Source of the DNA: Pelomyxa schiedti
Lineage: Eukaryota > Protista > Evosea
Direction: 5' to 3'
NCBI GenBank assembly: GCA_020536535.1
Contig: JAHLWZ010000004.1
Span: 248,001-312,000, forward strand
DNA length: 64,000 bases
Of this stretch, positions 25,661-44,300 are shown in pieces (position 1 is the stretch's first letter; every line of letters begins with the position of its first letter). The position numbers and the translations under genes are program-made. The notes beneath the pieces were generated by a model. The model made no database searches, had not been told where the DNA came from, and saw only the letters and a list, made by a program, of their open reading frames with translations.

Positions 25661-27300
25661 ATGAGCGACAAGGAGGGCGGTGCGGCAGAGGCGGCAACAA
25701 CGACGTGTTGTACCACAACTACGACGTCCACGGCTACCACTGCAACAAATGACGGCGCTCAAGATGAGATCACTGTCACTGCCGTAGATCTGGTCGAAGA
25801 CATCAATCAACTGGAGAAGGAGGCGGAGGAAGTGATTGGAGAACACTGGGGAGAGGAGGGCATTTGTACTTACGACCAAGTTGGCTAACGTGTTACTGTT
25901 TGGTTTCGCGGACTAATGCGCTCCCAAAGGGGTACAAGAATCAGGCCCTGTATTCTTGCTTGACATGTGGCAGTGCCGACAAGCCGGTTTTTTTTCATTT
26001 TTGATCGACTCTGTCGATGGAAGCCCTCTCATGAGAAAACAACAACAAAAAGGTTGGCGTGTGTTTTGGGTGCAGCTTGAGGTGCCACGTGGACCACAAC
26101 ATCGTCGAGCTGTATTTCAAACATGGATTTAGATGTGACTGCGGTTCTTCCAAAATAGGTTCAGGTTTTTCCTTGCCAACCACTCTATTTACAGAGCCTA
26201 GCTACCCCGGATTCTAAATGCTGCTTCAACACTAGTGGTTTCCCCCGTCCCAGCAATACAGAGAATCGATATGGTCACAATTTTCAAGGCCTGTTTTGCT
26301 GGTGCAACAAATTGTACGATCCAGCTACAATAATGTTCCAATGTGTTGCATGTGAAGAATGGTATCATAACTACTGTCTCACAGAAAATGGAGTAAGTGA
26401 TTACTCTGAATTCTCCAAATGGTAATGTCTTTTCTCAGAAAAGCCCAATGCCCTCTGAAGATGACTTTGCCGACCTTATATGCAAAGACTGCATTCAGCG
26501 GTGCCCCTTTCTCTTGTGCTATCCTGAATTACAGGTTTATAATTGATTTTAATGTCACGCAAGACTTCCAACAAGTATTGTTCTTCCAAATGATGAAATA
26601 CAATATTTATTTTACAGGTCAATGCGGAAGGAATCCCAACAACAGAAAAAACGCCAACTGAAACAAGTGCAACGAAGGAGCTGACTGGAACTGGCTGTAA
26701 TATGTCTGCCTTGGCCTTGAAAAAGGCGGAAACAATGACCAAAGAGGCACCTTGTAATACCTACTGGAGGTTTTTATTTAGAAACATTTGATCGCAAGTG
26801 TAATAACTTAATCTACAGGTCTGCATGGCAACATTCGATATGCAGGTGTGAAGGCTGTACACTCAAATATACTCAAACACCATTCCCTTGGTTGTTTGAA
26901 GTACTAAAAAAGAATATCGAGTCAGAAAGTCACCCGGTAGCAGTTGCAACAAGTTGAATCCCTTCTCTTTTTTTCCTGGCTTACAATAGTTCAGAAGCAG
27001 TTCCAGCCTCAATTATCACAACAGCACAAGGTAATTGGTTGGGGGCAACTGAGGAGGGAGTAACACCCAAACAGCTCTGCTGATGGATTCCGTGGAACCC
27101 ACAAAACAACGGGAGCTGGTCCACGGTTACAACGTCTTTGCAACCTCCTTGCATGATTACCTCAAAGGTCTGCAGGACTCAGGGCACACCACGATCACAA
27201 AAGAGGTATCCAAACTGGAAACAACAAAGAATTGACTAAAGCATGGTCCTAGGATATCGATGGCTTCACACAGATGATGGCAAAAAGGCGCAGATTCTAA
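25661..27300 (+). CDS. UBR7: UBR-box + PHD E3 ligase UBR7
   Basis: CTYDQGYKNQALYSCLTC, GVCFGCSLRCH..VELYFKHGFRCDCG, NRYGHNFQGLFCWC, MFQCVACEEWYH, LICKDC; C-terminal ITKEDIDGF. Confidence 0.92.
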
Positions 27301-27354
27301 CGTTGTTCCTTGTGGTCACTGATTCAAGGTCTTGCAAAATTCGGTGAGACAAAA

Positions 27355-30300
27355 TTACAATTTGACTTCTTTTTTCCTCTGAAGAGGGCTGGTATTTGTT
27401 GCTGCTACCCGGATGAAGATGCAGAGTAGTCTGTGAAGAAGTATTTGTTGTTTGATGTGAGGTGTTGTACCTTGCCAGGCCAGTCAGAGTATCTGACTCG
27501 CAATAAGAAAAATCACTCTCTTGGAAGAATAGGATACAGGAGCAGCTTCCACCTTTCCTTAGAAACAAAAAAGCAAAAGTTACGTCGCTGAGCAGTGGTG
27601 AGGGGCTAATGGGGAAGCCATCACTTCCACACAGTCAAAACTCCTTTTTCTTTTTTTTTTTTTGTTGATGATACACTTGAGTTGGTAGAGTACATGAAGT
27701 GGGTGTCAAAACTATGGTTGTGAAACCAAAATCTGGTGCATCGACGTGATGGATTGCGTGAAGATGCGGCCCTCTCCAGGACTGATCTTGACGGTCCTGT
27801 CACGCAATCTACCAAGTTCCAGGTTGATCCTTTCAAAGCACTCTGTCCGGACCTGCTGCATCAAAGTGCGCTGGGAATCAGGCAAGGAGGAGAACAGAGT
27901 GGAGCTCGGGAGCCGCTGCAACTCGGCAAGTAATTTGCCTGTCCCGCGTTGCCTTACCATTGCGCTTCCGCCAGAGTCGGGGAATATCCCTGCTTTTTCT
28001 ACTACCTTTTTTGTTTTTGGTTATTCGGGGCACACGAGGGAGGGGAGACAACCTCTCTGACTTGGAGTGTTCTTATCCATGTGCTGATGTTGCTTGAGTC
28101 TGTTGTAAGTGATAGGGCGTCGAGGACGCCTTTTATTTGTTCGTTGCTGAGGGCTCTGCGCTTTTCAACCTCGTCGGACTCATATATGGTCTCTGGGAGG
28201 TGGGGCGGCGGTGCTAGGAAGTGATTTAGTGATGGTTTTGTTGTGGGGTTGTTGTGGTACCCATGTACTCCCGCACAGTTTTTACAGTGAGAGGGGATGA
28301 AAAATTGATATCACGGCCCAAGGCCTTGGCCATGGTGATGGGCGTTTCTCGGTTGTTGTTTGTCTATTGAGTACGGGAAGGAACGCTTGCAAAAAAACAA
28401 AACAGAAATACCTTGACTTTTGCTCCCAAATCTAGTAGGCAGTCGATTGCTGGTTGGTTGTTCTGAGAAGAGATGAAATTTTCTGGTAATTAAATGAGAT
28501 GAACCTCTTTAACTGCAATGTGTAACGGTGTGTCGCCGCTGATATTAACAAGTTGAGACAGAGTAAGCTGAAAAGAAATGGGGAGAACTTGTTATCATTC
28601 GCGTTTATATCGGCCCCGTGTTCCACCAGAGCAAACAAAATCATTGCAATCCGAGGAAGACTTTGCCGCACAGCAAGATGTAAAACAGTTGTGCCTTTTG
28701 CTTGTTAAATCAAATTAAGTAGTTCGTTTACCATCGGCCAATCTGTGCTGCATATCAACGGAATGGTGACTCAACAAGATGGCGAAAGTGCAGTCCTCTT
28801 TCCCAGCTGTTAGAGCCAGCATTAAGGGTGTAAACCCGGAGGAATTTTTCAGCAATTTAGTGGAAGGAGCTCTCAACAATACCTTTTTTTTTGTCAATCT
28901 ACAGGAAGAGCGTAATTTTGGGAACTTAGTGTACCTTGACAACTTGCACATGTCCGTTGGAGATGGCCACATGAAGTGGAGTTGCACTGGTTGTACTAGA
29001 GATTGAAGCAGCAAGCTCACTTTACGTTTCAATATTGATATGAGTGCTCAGTGTTTTAAGAAGCAATGCTCACCTATCAAGTTTTAAAAACTCTTTCACT
29101 GCTTCTGCATTCCCTTCTGTCACAGCATCAAAAAAGCGCTTCGTCTGATATTCATTAGTAAAGATGCTTTTCTTTTAAGATACCATTTGTGCGGAATCCA
29201 ACGGTTTGGCATTCTGTTTAGGATCAGAAAAGAAGAAGCTAAGGAGAAACTCAACCAGTGTAGCTTCCAGAGAATTTTGCAATAGTCCTATGATCTCTTT
29301 GTTGCCCATTCTAACAGCCCAATCGTATGGAGATTCTTCCCCTCTTGGGTTTTTGTTTTTTATATTGGGATCGGCGCCACTGTTCAGTAGTTGGGATATG
29401 ACTTCAGGGTGTCCCTTTTTCTGGTGTAAAAAACGATTATTCAGTTGAAGCAAACCTTGAGGACAGCCATATGAAGAGGGGTTTCTCCAAGAGAATTGCG
29501 GGCGTTAATATTAACTTGTCTGTTTGGAGTTTTTTTACAAATTGGAGGAGGCAAGGGAGCAGGTGCCTTGTTTTAAAGATCGGAATAAATCGTGCTAACG
29601 TGGGGTGCCTGACAAGGTAGTGCAGAGGAGTATTCTCTAATTAGATAAGACAGGGAAGAAAAAAAAATATGTCAAACCATCTTCATTTACTCCATTCAGA
29701 TCGATGTGTTCTTGAGACAATAGCAACTCCACGATATCCTGGATGAAGTGTGAATGAAACTTACTACCTCGTAAACTTACTTCGTGGTTGTCACTGCATG
29801 CAATATGAAGTGGAGACCACCCCTTATCATCCTGCAAAAAGGTTTTTTGAAGAAAACTAAGCCGAGAAAGTTACGGGCATATAACAATCAGCACCATGGG
29901 ATAATAAAACTTTGACACAAGCAACTTTTCCTCCCCCACAAGCGTGATGCAGAGCTATATACAAAGTAAAAAAAATAGAAAAGAGAAAAACGAAGACTTT
30001 ACCTGTCATCTCATGTGCCCACGACCAATTTACAAGCTTCTTGTTAGCAGCAAGCAAGATGTCTAATTCCTCGTGAAGACCTTTAAGACAGTGAATTCTA
30101 ACAAGTATTTCCAAACATAAGCACCTGCAGCAGCTGCGTCACACATTTTTTGAACCATTGTTGCACGGTAAAGTTGTCTATCCCGTTTTTTGGATGCTGC
30201 CCTCTACAAGGAACATTAGTAAGGGAAAGTTGTATGGCCGATACCTCAGTTGCTGTAGTCCAGAAATTTTTTTTTGTTTTTTTCTCTGGTTTCTTAGTAA

Positions 30301-31933
30301 AGTTTTTTTGGTTAGGAATTATGAAGACCAGAAGAAAAATACCTCGGACTCGGCTAGTGCAACAACTTTTTGGGCTTGTTTTTCCATTTTCTTTCTATCC
30401 CTTTCAGTCACTGATTGAGCATATGCAAGTGCTTTTGGAATAGCCGCACGAATCTCATCACAAGCCAATTTCTGGTAAAAAATTAAGTCAATTCTTTAAA
30501 AAAGGAGGAAGACCTTGGCTGAAGGATCTGCGATAGGATAGTTTAAGTCCAGTGTCCTCAAATAAGTGTTGCTAAGTTGAACAAGGCTAATCAGAGCACT
30601 TTCCCTTTCTTCAGGGAGAACTTGTGTAGGAACTGCCGGAGTTGATGGGGGTTGCTGTGAAACGATAAGCAATTGTATATTTGTATTTGTGATTTACGGA
30701 AATTGACTCAAGGAACACCCTCATTTTGGGCTGATTCGCTTCCAAAAACGTGTTGAGGGGAAGCATGAAAGTTTCTCGAAATGTCACGTTATTGGCAAGA
30801 TTTTGCACAGTCTTTGAAACCAAGACAAGGTTCCTTCGAATTTCAAGAGAGGGTGATTCTGAAAGATCGAGTTATAATTGCACTAAATTAAGAATGTAAA
30901 CCTTCCACCAATCCATTATTTTCTGGAGCAACTATAGCAGGACAAAAATACCTCAAAATGATGAAGCCTCCCACACAAATGAGGGATTGGTCCGGAAATC
31001 TGTGAAGTTGGAGTAAGATCAAGAGAGGTGGGGGTCCTTACTTTTCATTGCAATATTGCTTGAGGTAGCTGCATACCGTGCGGAAACGCCTGGTTGTTGG
31101 AGGAACGTCAAAAAGGTGAGGGGAACCCAATTACTAAATACGTGGGAAACTTGTCTGCACTGGCAAAAATTGTATCCAGTACACTCTGAACAAGACAGTC
31201 AAAAAAAAAATAATGCATACCACGTGGGCTACCTGAATAAGCCCTTGCAGAAGAGATATATTGGTTTCAAGACTGTCAGTGGGTGCCAAATTTGTTGGAT
31301 TGATCTGTTATTTATTGGATTTTTTTTTTTTGAAAAAAAGAAGTGTATTTCACCTCAAGTGTTCCATGGCTCCCAGTGATAATTGACGTAACAACTGGCT
31401 GAAGAGTGCTCACCAAAAAGTCTTGACCCTCTCCCAGTTTTGACCAGGCTGTTATCACTTTGGAAGCAAGACTGTTTGATCTAAAAAGTGTGCCCGCCTG
31501 AACTGTGAAGTGTGTGCAGGTGAGAACAGAAGGAAAAAACCAAGGTGATCAATACAAGTCCCAAAGGCAAAGAGAGAGAGGGAAAAAAAAAAAGGTCGAG
31601 CCCCACCAGTGGTGCGGATTTCCTTCTGAATAAGGTGCTCTATGAGTGGCAGGGCTTTGCCCTCAGGCTCATAGGCCTTGACGGCTGCCTCTGCCAAAGT
31701 CTGTGCGTCTTTTGTGGCCGTGACGGCACACAACCACTCAATGAAAGTCATAGACCCAGTTGCAATCTGCGCTTTGCGTTGGAATTTGTTTCTCATCTCC
31801 ACGCAAACTCAATTGTGGGATGGAATGGAATGGGTGCCCACAACTCATTTTCTCCCATGTCACAAACATTATTTATGTATTGGTGGTTATTAATTAAATA
31901 ACTACTGCCACCCACCCGACGAAAGTCGTCCAT
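27355..31933 (-). CDS. RasGAP domain fused to ankyrin repeats and an unassigned C-terminal domain (probably one gene)
   Basis: RasGAP: FIEWLC, FLVSTLQPVV, VGGFIILRYFCPAIVAPE, NLVLVSKTVQNLAN. Ankyrins: ALHHACGGG, GWSPLHIAC, GFTPLMLAL, GADINAND. GT-AG splicing links them in frame through QLRAASKKRDRQLYRATMVQKMCDAAAAG. Confidence 0.72.
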
Positions 31934-32156
31934 CACTTAATTCCCTCTGCTTTGTTTTCTTTTTTTCCGGAAAGATAACCCGCCGAAAAGACCCCTGAAG
32001 AGGAGATTGATGGTAAAAATAACCCTTATGCGAAGTGGTAATCACACCCAATCCAGTTTTGGGTTGTGCCGTAAATTTATACAAGGTATACAAGTGTGAG
32101 GCACTTGCGATTGATACGCTCAATCAACAAGTGGGTGTGCGTTTTGTGGGGATGTT

Positions 32157-35100
32157 TTATGTAGAAGAGTGGAGAATGAACTCGGTGTTGGAGGATACTG
32201 TCAATTCAAAGGGGGCTTGAAGCAAGGGTAGTTCTGCAGCACATACAATGGTAACACTAGGAAGCTGTAGCATTCCACCTTCAAATTCCTCAAGAAGCAG
32301 AGGCATGTCTATCACGGTAACGTGCCGCCAGAGCATTGAATGTGTGTATACGTTTTTAGTACTGCGCATCCTAGAGCCTTGGCAAAAACCCAGAGCAATT
32401 TCAACGCGTATTGCAACTGGGCTATACAGTACTGCGTGGAGTGTTGGGGAGACATCAACGGCCATGAAGTCGGCAATAAACATTGGATTTGTGGCAACTA
32501 GAACAATAGTGAGAGCTGGTACCGGGAGGTTGTTGCATACAGGTGGGGTCTGTAAGTCCACCAGCCGTACTCTCGGACCAGAAACCCTTCTGTGTTTTCA
32601 CAAATGGGTATTCATCAATTGGAATTGGTTGAACTTGGATGTATACGGGACTCAGGACCTATACTTCCCTGTGAATACATACATAGTTCCTTAAAATCTT
32701 ACCCGTAGAGTGAAACCTCTTGCAGACTGTGCATACACCGAAACAGTGAGAGGGGATAAATCGTCAGGGGAAATAGGAATGTCCAATGCTATATGATTGT
32801 CTGACTTGGTGATAAATGACTTAACCTCTTTTTGGGTCTGGATTTCGATTTGTAAATCTGTACAAAAAGGTGTGTACACACTTTTCCACTGATGGGGAAG
32901 AAAGCTCTCCTTCCGCCATTTTTGAAAATGAATACAGCTAGTAGTTCTACGGTTCGCTTGAGAAGGAATTGGCAAAACTGAGCTCTCACCTTTGACGGTT
33001 GTTTCATAGCGATGGAAATCTACTTGAATCCACAAAGAAGAATATTTACAGGTAGAAATCTCAATCTGTTTCTTGTTTGGTCAATGTAAAAATGAACTGA
33101 AAAGTACCTTGAAGTTGGGATTCATGTGAAATGTTTCAGATAGTTCTTCCAGCAAAAACCTGTTGGCCACCTGAGGTTCATTTTTCGGTTGTCGAGTTCT
33201 ATCATGAAACATCTGGCACAATAGTCAGTTACAGTTTCACATCTGGTAACGATCCACTTGTTGATTGGGATAGATTTCTGGATTCCACGCAATGTCAAAA
33301 CTCGCAAATCTGCGTCAAGGTTTAAGTGAAAGGGAAACAGAAGAAAAAAGGTACCTCACACATGCGTCTTCCCAGGACATCCAAAATACCTGAAAATTTG
33401 ATGAGTCACGAGATAATGAGTTAGACTAGTTATCTCACTCCATTGTCAAACTGGCTGCTCATGATAGGATCGAAGTCACAGGCCTGCTGCAAATCAGGTG
33501 TCCAACTAACGAAGTCATCCTCTCCATATTTTCCCTTCCACCTTACCTAGTTCAATCAATGAATTTTCACCAGTCCAGGATTTAAGAACCCACACGAGAC
33601 CAAGGATTCTTTAGTTTGAGGAGTCTGACGCCACAGGCACATTTGATATCCAAGCAAGCATAAGCGTGGGCAGCCAATAGTCCCTCATTGGGATCGACCT
33701 CGTTCCCGGTGCTCACTATCATGATGCAGCCGTGGTGTTCGTATCCCTGGCTCAACCGAGTCCACAGGAGGTCTGCAAGTATTCCTTGTTATTAACTGCA
33801 AGGGTAATAGCAATAAGGGAACCAGGATCTTGAAGTGGTCTGAAGGCTTTTCACATAAGCAAAATATTGTAGGAATTTTGAAGGGCACACAGTTATCAAT
33901 AAGCCAACCAAAAAGTGTATACAAGTCATCACTTGTGTATCCGTCCTTATACCCACCACGAAGTTTCATATCTTATTATAAACATGAGGAAAATACTTCA
34001 AGCTGTACCGCTTTACAAGCTTTTTCCAAAATGGTAGGCCATATCTCAGATTTATTTGAGGATCTACAACAAAGCGTCTTGTTCTTATCACCTGATGTTG
34101 TTGTAGGAGGCTTTAACTTCGGAAAGGCCTACTTGTTGGAAGGAAATCATCAACGATGACCAATCGTGCTGTTCCATTCCAAAATAATTTCACTGCGTAT
34201 TTACCATGTGGATTGTAAACCTATCTTGAAGGTAAGAGTCATTGGATCATGAAAATGTTTCACACCGGTACACCTCTACGGTCTTGGGGGAAAATGGATC
34301 TACTGATTAAAAACCGATGAAATTTATGCTCGAAATGTGCTGCGGCCATGATTGTTGCAAGAAAGGAGCAATCCCCTATGATACTTTGAGTTACAGAGAA
34401 AGCACTCATGCAATCAGCCGCCATCATTTTTGGGTCTTCACCAGTAAAAGAAGGTTAACGAGAGATAAGAGAAAAAAGAAAGCACACCAGGGATTATCTC
34501 ACGTACACGTTTCCAGCACACAAAAGCATCCAACTGTTTTTGGGTCAGTGGCAAATGTCCATCGGAGTCAGTAAAAGGTAGAGCGTGTGGGATCCCCCAC
34601 AGATCCGCTCTTTCAAGTTCCCTTTCAGAAAAAGGTAGAAATACATGGCCTGCTATAACACTGGACTCTGCTAGAACTTCCTCCTCCACTACGATGTTCA
34701 AAGGTAAAAAAAAGAAAAAGAAAAAGAAAAAGAAAGAGAAAGAGGTCAGACAAGAGCTGTATTTATCTAGCTTTACATACATGTACGAGCAGCAGTAAAT
34801 AGCACGGAGGCTGCAGAGTCCATAAATGAGATTATCCCAAAATACATAAACAACAACAACAACAACAACAGCAACAGCAACAGCAACAACAACAACAGCA
34901 ACTACAACAATAGTAACAACAACGACCACGAACACTTGCAGGATAGCACAGGTGCGCTCAATTTTTCCCCCAGCAACAACACGCCAGCGCTCCCCGAAAC
35001 ACCCAATGCCCCCGTCGCTGTCGCTATCGCCGTAGTCGTGGCGGGGGCTCCCTGCGCCCGCGAGACCGGCCTCGCCGTGGCCGTGCTTGTGGGTGTGGGT

Positions 35101-35522
35101 GTGGATGTGGATGTGGATGTGGATGTGGATGTGGAAGTGGCCGTGGCTGTCGCCGGGGTTGCAGGGGTACTGGTCCGGGTCCCTCCTGGTGACACTGCAG
35201 GCGACGCGGACGGCGGGGTGCGCGGGGGGGCAGGAAGGTAGGGGAGCGGGAGGGCCAGGGCGCCGCCGCTGGGCACGGCGGGCAGGGCGGCGGGGCCGCG
35301 GGAGGCAACGGGGGGCGCCGCGGGAGGGGGGGCCAGCAGGAACGCGGCCACCGCGGCGTCGGGGTCGAGGTTTGCCTGCAGGAGGGCGTCGACGAGGGCC
35401 TCGCGGGGGACGGAAGGAAGCATCTGCTGCATGGCTGCAATCATTTGCGACAACGTGTCCTCCTCGTCAGCACTTGCTCTCGCCCTGGGGCCCCCGCTGG
35501 TCGCTGCAGGTTGTCGTGACAT
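32157..35522 (-). CDS. Calpain-7/PalB-like cysteine protease with an N-terminal CUE domain
   Basis: CUE: MQQMLPSVPREALVDALLQANLDPDAAVAAFL. CysPc: PFTDSDGHLPL, QSIIGDCSFLA (Cys), YNPHGKYAVKLFWNG..VIVDDFLP, WPTILEKA, GLLAAHAY (His), LKNPW (Asn), VFWMSWED. Confidence 0.87.
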
Positions 35523-35574
35523 GTCAAGTAGCCGAAGTTAGTTTTTTTAACTGATTGGTGCTTTTTTGTGATGA

Positions 35575-40230
<4,656 letters not shown>

Positions 40231-40483
40231 GTTAAGGAAATACCTCAGCCAGGCCAACAAACAATAGTTAACGAGTAAGAAGTTCTTCTAACTGATTTTG
40301 TTATCACTATCCCTTATCTCCCACTCATTTTAAATTTCGAACAATGGACTGAGCATTCTCTGCTGCTGTTTTGCTTGTTGATGTGGTGAGCAAGGAGCGA
40401 ATCGCACTACTCACTATGTTCGGTGTAAGGTCGAAAAAATATCTGGTGGTGGAAAACCATACGACATATTCAATGGTCAATCA

Positions 40484-41135
40484 CTAGGAAACAGCAATGA
40501 TGTGCCTTTGGCCATCTGCTTTCTGAACAGTGACGACTGCATTACGGCCCTGTTCAAAGGCACGGCGCACTGCAGCACCCAGCTTGCCCTCAGGAAGTTT
40601 CGCGTATTTCACATTACAATTTTCAGACACAACAGTGCACATACGTGATTCGATGTCTACGTCGATCAAGTCCTCGTATCTTCTTACGGGTGACCGCTTC
40701 AACAATAGACAAAGTTAGTATGACGCATATAGCGAGATACAAACCCAAGTAAAAAAAAAAAATGGGAGGGGGTTTTTCTTTGCACCAGTGTGTGGCCGTA
40801 AGGAAAAGCGTCGTTGTAGACCTTGTTGCTGTCAACGTCGCTGCCGGTAATTCGAATCTTGGCACGACCCTGCTTGCCCTGCTTGGAAGTGGTCATTCCA
40901 CTAACACGGCATATGTGCTCCCTAAGCACTACGATGCAGTCAATGCGCACTCCCTCAGCCTGAACGCTTTCATAGTCGGGGTCGGGCCAGTATAAGCTGT
41001 AAACTACATATTTGTATTGGAAAAAGCAGGTGGCATGTCACGCAGACAATGTTTTTTGCAAAGAAAACAAACATGAGGTCAACTGGTGGAAAAAGTGGGG
41101 AGGTCGTACTTGTTGTATTCTGTAAGTGTCATCAT
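40484..41135 (-). CDS. eIF5A: Divergent translation factor eIF5A-like protein
   Basis: Spliced MMTLTEYNNLYWPDP...IVVLREHICRVSGMTTSKQGKQGRAKIRITGSDV...KLPEGKLGAAVRRAFEQGRNAVVTVQKADGQRHIIAVS, colinear with eIF5A. Two introns. Confidence 0.85.
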
Positions 41136-41392
41136 GGGTGATGACTTTTTTTTGTCAACACAAACTCTTGAGAACCACTAGGGAAAGGAGCCCAGCGTGA
41201 CCTGCTCCACGGAAAAGAGTACCACAACGCACTTTTCCTATGTCTCTGAAAGTCTGAGAACTCTGCCGGAGTTTGATCCCCCCGTTCCTGCCTATCGATA
41301 GAAAAGGCAACTTTCGATGGGGATCGGAGATTCATTTGGAGATTTCTGCAAATAGCACGAAAAAAAAACCTAGACGACACACTGGGGTGGCC

Positions 41393-44300
41393 ATGTCGGC
41401 TCACCAGTGGCGAACACACAAAGTCACCAGATCTACGACATGTGCGTACTGTCGCCAAGTAAACTGGTTGGTTCTTCCCCCCTTTGAAATTGAGTTTGTT
41501 TTAAATTTAAAAATGGGGAGTTTGTTCGCCCCCCCGTGTCATCCCATAACCTCAATCAAGCCAAAGAAACATAACCTCTAACAAACAACAAGGGAAAAAG
41601 TCCAGAAGGAGTGCCTGCTGTGTTCACGTGTGTGTCATGAGACATGTGCCGCCCTAATGGATAGTCTAAAGCAGCCCTGCTCACCTCAATTCGAAGTACT
41701 TCGCCTCATTTTACTTTTTTTTTCTTTTCGCTTTCTTCCCTCATCATGGACCTGTCTTAGCTGTATTGTAATGCCGGGCATCTTGATGATAGCCACAAAC
41801 CAAAGAAGCCCACTGCAGTTCCTATACCTTCGAATATTGCTCTATCTACATCAGTTGGTGACCTGGACGCAAATGACAGGCGTGCTTCCCTTCAACTTCA
41901 AAAGCAAATATATGGACACCGCGTCTCTGCTTCTTGTTCATCACGTCTTCATGCTTCCCCTTCCCCAGTGCAGGAGATATTCCCCCGTGCCGAAACACCC
42001 CCAATACCCATACCCAGCACAGAAAGCCACAAAAGTGCCAGCACTTCCCCTACTACACTCCCAGCTTCGCCTTCACCCCCCATTACAACGGCTTCCCATA
42101 GTCCACATTCGCCCCTTACCCCGTTATTGCTATCTACACTTCCACCAAAGCCATCAACCCCGGCACCACTGACACCCACCTCTGTAGTAACAACATCGAT
42201 ATCCCCGCCAAACCCTTCCAATACTCCCAATAGCTCGCTATCTGAGACTGATATGCCCCCTCCACCACCTCCTCGTCACCGTCATCACCATCATTCACGG
42301 CACAGTCCTTCCTCACCTCCACCTTCAAATTCCCCTCAGATTCCCCCAAAAACTCGTCATCGTATCAGTCAATCTACAAGCAAAACCGTTCTCGTTGGCA
42401 TGCGATCTGCGTCGGCATTGATGTTACCTGAATCTCAGGTTATAGAAATGGCCACTCGCATGGTAGAGGGACTTTTCTCTGCTTTGCCTGTTAGAGCGGC
42501 AATGTTTCAGAGTGGCAGGTTTAGTGTGGTGTGGGGTGCCTCAGATTCCAGTACCAGGATGATAGAATTCTCCCACCCTTTCACTGTGAAGCCACATGTG
42601 TGTGCCTGGCTTGTAGGGAGTACTGGCATTTACCGTGTGTCTTCTGAACAATTGACAGTGACTCAGATGGGTATGAATCCACTCTGTTACTTAGAGTTTA
42701 CACTCTTAGGGTTCAGCCTTAAAGTCCCAATCAACTCTACTGCTGTGAACTGGGTAGCCTATTTAACGCCACCATCAAGCCCAGTGTTAAGTACAGCAAT
42801 TAAATTGGTTCTTGTGAGTCCCCCGGCTCTGACAGACGTTTTACTTTCCAAAGTTCAGGAATGTGTGCAGGTAGTATTGAAAAAATGTTTTTGCTACAAC
42901 TTACATTTGAAGCTCTTTTCTGTAAATGGTTGTGGCAGTGATGGCCAGACTCTCCTTCATGCAGCAGCATATGCTGGTAATATGGAACTAGTCAACTGGC
43001 TGCTAAAGAAGGATGGAATTTATATTGATTCACAGGTATTTTCTTCTTTGGCCGAGAAATTTGGAAAATATAACTGACTACTTTTTGGATTAGGATGAAA
43101 GGGGATGGACTCCATTAATGTGTGAGGGGAAAAGTTATCTTTCTCTTAAAGTCATTGAACTCCTAAAAGGTCTTGCCTCAATACTGGACATTTTACCATT
43201 GCGCAGAGGCTGCTTTCTTTTGGTGCTAATCCAACCATCTGTAATTTCTGCAAACAAACAGTACTGCATTTTATTGCGAGAATCAGTAGCGTTGACAAAA
43301 TATGTGAAGAGGTACAGAGATAGCTCCAATTTGAAAGCTTTCTAAATTGACCCTGTAAAGGTAACAAGGTCGATCTTAAAGCAAAGTGGAATCGTTAACA
43401 ACACTAATGACACTGGGGAGACCGCTCTGATGGCTGCGTGCTACACTGGCGCAAGTCTTCACTATATAAGCTTGTTACTCGAGTTTGGCGCTGACCCAAG
43501 TATCCTTATATTCCCGTTTTGCATCTTATACTGCTGCAGATCTCGGGAACTTGCGAGGTGAAACACCCCTGCTGAAAGCAACACTCGCTGATAATATACC
43601 ACTAGTCGAACTCCTTCTCAGGTAAGATAATTTTACACTTATTGAGTGCTCACCTGCCACACCAACCAAACCAACCAATAAAAACAAAAAAGAAATAGAG
43701 GAGATCCTCATAAAGGAGTTGAGGGTGATACACCCTATGACCACGCAAGTACACCACAACTTCTTGAGCTTTTCCAGCGTGTGGAGCAATCGCATGTTCG
43801 CAATATTTCTTCAACTTTCAATCCTAATAACCAGTCAGAAAGCAGCACCCCCCACACTACCTGGATGGGATGGTCCCACTACTGATGATGTCAGTAATGC
43901 TGTCCGGGACTCTGTCCATATTAAGCGTACCAATCCACATTTTGCAACCACCACTCCCGTTGAGGATTTTGCTGTACTCATCGAGAAGTCTGAGTGCAAG
44001 GACCTAAGGACCAGAATTGACGTGTTTGTGAAATCTTTTTCAAAATCCAAGTACACTTTAGAATATGAAAGTCGCAGAATGAGAAGATTCCTTAACGACG
44101 TGGAGGTAGCAAGATACATCTACTTTTAATTTACTTCCTCCCAAGGTGGCAATGAAGCAGCACAAAATATGGGGTGCTCTTCAAGTATGCCACTACTTAC
44201 TTTTTTTACCGTTCTTTTTCACCACTCACACAGCCAGACCACTTTGAAATTTCATGTGAGTTAATGCGGCGTGCAATTTTTGGTCGATTGTACAATCAGC

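Noticed and set aside
34840-35140. Tandem AAC/AGC and GTGGAT arrays as possible CRISPR or telomeric repeats
   Set aside because: Simple microsatellites encoding Ser/Thr-type low-complexity linkers, with no spacer structure.
43500-43539. Intron with the U12-type donor GTATCCTT
   Set aside because: Single 40-nt case, no clear CCTTAAC branch site, and no AT-AC introns seen. Plausible by chance among the many GTA-starting introns in the window.
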